Positions 53,258-56,760 of a stretch of DNA of 56,760 bases are shown here, piece by piece. The DNA is from Candidatus Micrarchaeota archaeon (lineage in GTDB: Archaea; B1Sed10-29; JAJSAI01). Location of the stretch: the NCBI GenBank assembly GCA_964625085.1, contig CAZVAJ010000006.1:2812-59571 (forward strand). Reading direction: 5' to 3'. The stretch's first letter is position 1. Every line of letters begins with the position of its first letter. The notes below the pieces were generated by a model. The model searched no databases, was not told the origin of the DNA, and saw only the letters and a list, made by a program, of their open reading frames with translations. Position numbers and translations under genes: made by a program.

Positions 53258-54410
53258 TGAATTCAGCACGTTTATCCCACGTGTACTTTAGTACATCCTT
53301 CTTGGCTTGTTCTGCTTTTTTCTTTGCAGTAGACGGAGCTGTTTCTTCAATTGCACGGATCATCTCTCTGATGTTTTCTGGGGGGACTATGATTGCATTT
53401 TTGTTATTTGCTATCTCTCTTATTGCGGGAAGGTCTGTGGTTATTAGGGGGGTTCCTGAAGCCATATACTCAAAAAGTTTCATGGGTGAGGAATATCTCA
53501 TGCTCATCTCATTTTTTGTTGAGGGGATGATGGTGTAGTCTGCAGCTTTAAGGTACTGTTGTTGTATCCTTTTGTCGGAAATGAAGCCTGTGAATGTTAT
53601 GTTCTTTAATCCCCTTGCTTTTGACTTTACTCTGGCGAGGTCTTTTTCTCCTTTTACGCCTCCCATGAGAACGAAGTGTGTTTTTCTTGTTTTTTTTGCG
53701 ACTTCTACTAGAAAATCTACTCCTTTCCAAGGATAAAATTGTCCTATGTACAGCACGATTCTCTTGTTTTGAGGGAGCTTAAGTTTTTTTCTTAGGATTT
53801 TTTTATTCTCTGCTATCCTATACGTTTGTTCTATGTTTACACCGTCTGGGAAGTATATTATTTTTTCTGCACGGATCCCTCTCTTTATTAGGTCTCGTTT
53901 CATTATTTTTGTTATCACAACTATACTAGTTGCTCCTTTTAATGCCCCTCTTTCTATCTCCTTTTTTAGGCGGATCATCAGTTGGTTTGGTGCGTTCACA
54001 TTCCGGTATAATTTATTCCTTTTTCTAAATTGCGTTTCAACTGGGGAGTGTATTTCAAAGATTACCTTTTTACCGAAAAGTCTGAGTGGTGAGAGGAGGT
54101 ATGCAAGAAGACTGTCTCTAGTGTATATTACGTCAAATTTGTTGAGCTGTAGGAGGGTGTTAGTAACCGCAAATAATGTGAAAAACAGGTGATTTAACCA
54201 GTGAGATTTTAATGTGACTGGTGCAGATTTAATTTTAAATGTTTTGTCCAGATTGTAAAATTCAAATATTTCAGTTATGCTCTTGTTGAGCTTTCTTGAA
54301 AGCAGAACCACATTATGTTTTTTGCCTAGAGCATAACACATATTCATGATATGTATTGAGCTTGCTCTTTCTGACGGTAATCGTATGTCTGCGATATAAA
54401 GTATCCTCAG
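53232..54410 (-). CDS. glycosyltransferase, GT4 (group 1) type, probable non-canonical CTG start
   Basis: The ATG-delimited ORF (to 54347) begins mid-domain. The in-frame upstream 21 codons read 'LRILYIADIRLPSERASSIHI', the standard GT4 N-terminal strand-loop. CTG 54410 forms a CTGA overlap with the upstream stop, and AAGGAGGT lies 7 nt upstream. Confidence 0.7.
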   Translation of the reverse strand: MRILYIADIRLPSERASSIHIMNMCYALGKKHNVVLLSRKLNKSITEIFEFYNLDKTFKIKSAPVTLKSHWLNHLFFTLFAVTNTLLQLNKFDVIYTRDSLLAYLLSPLRLFGKKVIFEIHSPVETQFRKRNKLYRNVNAPNQLMIRLKKEIERGALKGATSIVVITKIMKRDLIKRGIRAEKIIYFPDGVNIEQTYRIAENKKILRKKLKLPQNKRIVLYIGQFYPWKGVDFLVEVAKKTRKTHFVLMGGVKGEKDLARVKSKARGLKNITFTGFISDKRIQQQYLKAADYTIIPSTKNEMSMRYSSPMKLFEYMASGTPLITTDLPAIREIANNKNAIIVPPENIREMIRAIEETAPSTAKKKAEQAKKDVLKYTWDKRAEFIMREICKH

Positions 54411-55537
54411 GTTAATACCTCCTTGTACACTTTTAGGTGTTGTTCTGCTATTCTCTTTGGATTGTGTTCTTTTTTGACCTTTTGGAATCCGTTTAGACCC
54501 ATTTGATCCCTCTCTGCCTTTCCAATCTTTTGCATCTTTTTCACCGCCTTTTGGATTGCAGAAGCACTTTTGGGTTTAATGAGGAACCCATTTATTCCGT
54601 CTTCTACTATCTCTGGGCTCCCGCCAGTATCTGTTGCTATCACTGGTTTTTTGAGAGCGAATGTTTCCAATATTACTCGAGAGAGAGGCTCTGGCCATAT
54701 CGAAGGGACTACGACCACAGAGGATGTGGAGATTAAGCTTGGGATCTTATCATGAGAAACATATGGTAAGAAGGTAATATTTCGCTCGGTTTTTTTCCCT
54801 TTGCTCATTCCAACGATGATTGTGCAGAAACCTCCTTTTTTTGCAGCTTTTATGAGATACTTGCCTCCTTTGGCCACTTGATCTCCTCCAAGGTAAAGAA
54901 CGCGGAACTCTGTTTCTTTCTCTTCCGCGGTAAACTTGGAGAAGTCTACTGCATTCTTTATGGTAATGGTGTTCTTAAAATTGTTAATCTTCATTACCTT
55001 TTCGACGTAATTACTCATGCAGATGAGCTTTTTTGATCTGCTGAGCAGTTTCCTATTCTCTTTTTGTATTTTCAGTAAGTAGGGAGCGAGAGCTAAACCC
55101 AACAATCCATAATCTCTTATTGCTGTTTTTAGCACTACTCGTGGAGGATGTCTTAGCCTAATATCTAGGTTTTGGTCTAGTAAATTTCGTCTGTATGATA
55201 TGGGCCAGTAGTCTCTAATAGTTGAAACGATGGGCTTACTGCTCTGTTTGAGGAAGGGAAGCGTGGTGAAGTATCCCTGAGTGTGTATTAGATCGTACTC
55301 TCTTGATAGCTTATCTAATCTTTTTGAGAGGGCGAGTAATCGTCTTCTGTAAACTGGGTACCGTGTTTTTTTTAGGTCCAGTCCAATTATCTCAATGTCC
55401 TCTTTGGTTGTGCTCCCATTATATTCTGGGGCGAGGAAGGTAACTGTATGTCCCTTTTTTTTCAGCTGCTTTGCAAGGGTGAAACTGGTGTTGAATGCTC
55501 CGCCGTGTGTCCTGTCTATTGGCATTAATATTCTCAT
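54407..55537 (-). CDS. glycosyltransferase, GT4 (group 1) type
   Basis: 'MRILMPIDRTHGGAFNTSFTLAKQLKKKGHTV' and 'VVPSIWPEPLSRVILETFALKKPVIATDTGG'. Confidence 0.8.
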   Translation of the reverse strand: MRILMPIDRTHGGAFNTSFTLAKQLKKKGHTVTFLAPEYNGSTTKEDIEIIGLDLKKTRYPVYRRRLLALSKRLDKLSREYDLIHTQGYFTTLPFLKQSSKPIVSTIRDYWPISYRRNLLDQNLDIRLRHPPRVVLKTAIRDYGLLGLALAPYLLKIQKENRKLLSRSKKLICMSNYVEKVMKINNFKNTITIKNAVDFSKFTAEEKETEFRVLYLGGDQVAKGGKYLIKAAKKGGFCTIIVGMSKGKKTERNITFLPYVSHDKIPSLISTSSVVVVPSIWPEPLSRVILETFALKKPVIATDTGGSPEIVEDGINGFLIKPKSASAIQKAVKKMQKIGKAERDQMGLNGFQKVKKEHNPKRIAEQHLKVYKEVLT

Positions 55538-56661
55538 TCGTTTATTACCTCCTCAAAATAACCTATAAGTTTTTTGGCATGTTGTGTCCAGCTGTATTTG
55601 TTTTCTGCGTCTTTTCTTGCTTGTTCGCCTAGTTTTTTGCATTTTGTTGGATTATCTAGCAGTTCTTTAACTGCTTCTCCTAGTTTCTCTGGATTATTCT
55701 GTGGTATTACGTACCCATTCTTATTGTGTTTGATTATCCTTTGTGCAAGGGTTGTTGTGATTATCGGTTTTCCCATGCTCATATACTCGAATAGCTTAAT
55801 GGGGGACCAGTAAAATCCGAAACGTTGGAGTGGTTCATATTTTCTATCTGTGAATGGAGCAAGACAAACTCCTGCAGACGCAATATGTTCTTTAACCTTT
55901 TCGTATGGGATCTTGCCTAGCCATTGCACATTTTTGAGGTGTCTGCTTTTTTCTTTGAGTGTTTTGTAGAGGGGTCCTTCTCCTATTAGAACAAAAGTTA
56001 TCTCAGGGTACTTTTCTGCTGCTTTGAGTATGTCTTCAACACCATGCCATAAGCTCATGGCCCCGATGAAGAGAGCTATTTTGTTTGGTTTCTTTTTTAA
56101 CGGTTTAAACAGTTCTGTGTTTACCCCCCATTCTATCTCTTTAAATTTATCTCGATAAGGGGGGGCTACTATTGTATTTAATGGTCCGAAGAGAAGATCT
56201 GCATTTCTCAGTTGCCAGTTTTCCAGTATCTTAAAGAGTTTACCCACGTTCTGTGGAAGTCCTCTGTATATCCACTCTTCTACGTGTGGTGAGTTAATCT
56301 CTATTACAAGTGGTCTTTTTGTTGTTTTCTTGAGGAGTGTTCCTGCTCCAGAGGTGAACTCTAGCCGTTCTAATATGAGGTCAAATTTGTTCTTTTCCCA
56401 TATCTTGAATCCCTTTAGAAATCCAAGCGGGATTGTTAGGGCAGGATTTGCTTTGTTTTTTATCGTATATCCTGGAAAGCTTAAACGGTATATATGGAGA
56501 TTTTTCATCTGCTCGTATTCTTTTTGTCCTTTTTCTCTCTTGGAGATCATATGGACTTCAATGCCCTGTTCCGCTAGAGCCTTCGCTGATTCGAATGCGT
56601 GTGTTGCTCCACCGTTTGATCCTGGCACGCTTATCTTTGGGACAAGGTAGCAGATTTTCAT
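55534..56661 (-). CDS. glycosyltransferase, GT4 (group 1) type
   Basis: 'MKICYLVPKISVPGSNGGATHAFESAKALAEQGIEV'. The C-terminal half has a GT-B layout. ATGA overlaps at both ends. Confidence 0.8.
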   Translation of the reverse strand: MKICYLVPKISVPGSNGGATHAFESAKALAEQGIEVHMISKREKGQKEYEQMKNLHIYRLSFPGYTIKNKANPALTIPLGFLKGFKIWEKNKFDLILERLEFTSGAGTLLKKTTKRPLVIEINSPHVEEWIYRGLPQNVGKLFKILENWQLRNADLLFGPLNTIVAPPYRDKFKEIEWGVNTELFKPLKKKPNKIALFIGAMSLWHGVEDILKAAEKYPEITFVLIGEGPLYKTLKEKSRHLKNVQWLGKIPYEKVKEHIASAGVCLAPFTDRKYEPLQRFGFYWSPIKLFEYMSMGKPIITTTLAQRIIKHNKNGYVIPQNNPEKLGEAVKELLDNPTKCKKLGEQARKDAENKYSWTQHAKKLIGYFEEVINE

Positions 56662-56759
56662 GTGATCTCCTCAATACTCTGAAGGATGTTAATTAGTATC
56701 CTATCCCATTCAAATTCTTTTACCTTCTGACTGCTTTTGACGCTCATCTTTTTGGCTTT
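56658..56759 (-). CDS. 3' end of a further gene (possibly another glycosyltransferase), truncated by the window edge
   Basis: The minus-strand frame reads 'KAKKMSVKSSQKVKEFEWDRILINILQSIEEIT*'. Its TGA overlaps the next ATG (ATGA). '(F/Y)xWD(K/R)I' tails are common in GT4 enzymes. Confidence 0.4.
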   Translation of the reverse strand, partial: KAKKMSVKSSQKVKEFEWDRILINILQSIEEIT

Positions 56760-56760
56760 G

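Noticed and set aside
1-56760. CRISPR arrays, rRNA/tRNA genes, IS elements, integrases and prophage genes.
   Set aside because: I scanned both strands for spaced direct repeats, tRNA T-arm signatures, and transposase, integrase or capsid-like motifs in the ORF translations. None was found, and nearly all of the sequence is accounted for by the CDSs listed.

Overview
This is an archaeal-looking fragment that is almost entirely coding. By my tally the intergenic gaps total about 1 kb of 56.8 kb. I recognise no rRNA, tRNA, CRISPR array, transposase or integrase.

Evidence for an archaeal origin:
- FlaI/FlaJ-type filament genes.
- Many class-III (prepilin) signal peptides of the 'KGQ' and 'QKGVSP' kinds.
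- An archaeosortase-family protein, a PAC2 chaperone, UppS and a geranylgeranyl-reductase-family gene.
- AT-rich TATA-like boxes about 22 nt upstream of first-gene ATGs, which implies leaderless mRNAs. Internal genes instead carry GGAGG/GGTG Shine-Dalgarno-like sites and ATGA/GTGA stop-start overlaps.

The lineage cannot be named from the sequence. The giant surface proteins and the density of envelope genes are reminiscent of small-genome uncultivated (DPANN-like) archaea, but that is inference.

The window falls into three blocks.

1. 1-38.6 kb is an envelope super-locus. It contains:
- A train of tiny membrane proteins, including a tandem paralog triplet.
- A 2810-aa N-terminally anchored giant protein, translationally coupled to a pilin-like protein.
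- A mini archaeosortase, divergently abutting a type-IV-filament operon (ATPase, platform protein, seven consecutive prepilin-like genes).
- A convergent operon encoding a 1495-aa protein with a 'VPEG'-TM-'RKRK' sortase-type C-terminus, plus a Cys-rich anchored protein.
- A short housekeeping insert (Zn-ribbon protein, flavoredoxin, PAC2).
- A 9.7-kb co-directional cluster with two further secretion ATPases, one of them fused to an N-terminal poly-ferredoxin module. The cluster also has split FlaJ-type platform genes, two TadB/C-like genes, five or six pilin-like genes and a DUF192 gene.

2. 38.6-43.4 kb encodes UppS, a GGR-family flavoprotein, a PHP phosphoesterase, a DUF234-type ATPase and an SDR epimerase.

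3. 43.4-56.8 kb is a visibly AT-richer glycan cluster. It encodes Ugd, a UDP-GlcA-4-epimerase-like enzyme, a sugar nucleotidyltransferase, a Wzx-like flippase, seven GT4-type glycosyltransferases, a SAM methyltransferase and a B12-binding radical-SAM enzyme.

The most notable candidates for new biology are:
- The ferredoxin-fused filament ATPase.
- The archaeosortase with its putative 'PEG-CTERM'-like substrate.
- The overall co-localisation of giant proteins with three filament machines.

All functional calls rest on motifs I read by eye in the translations. No database search was run.
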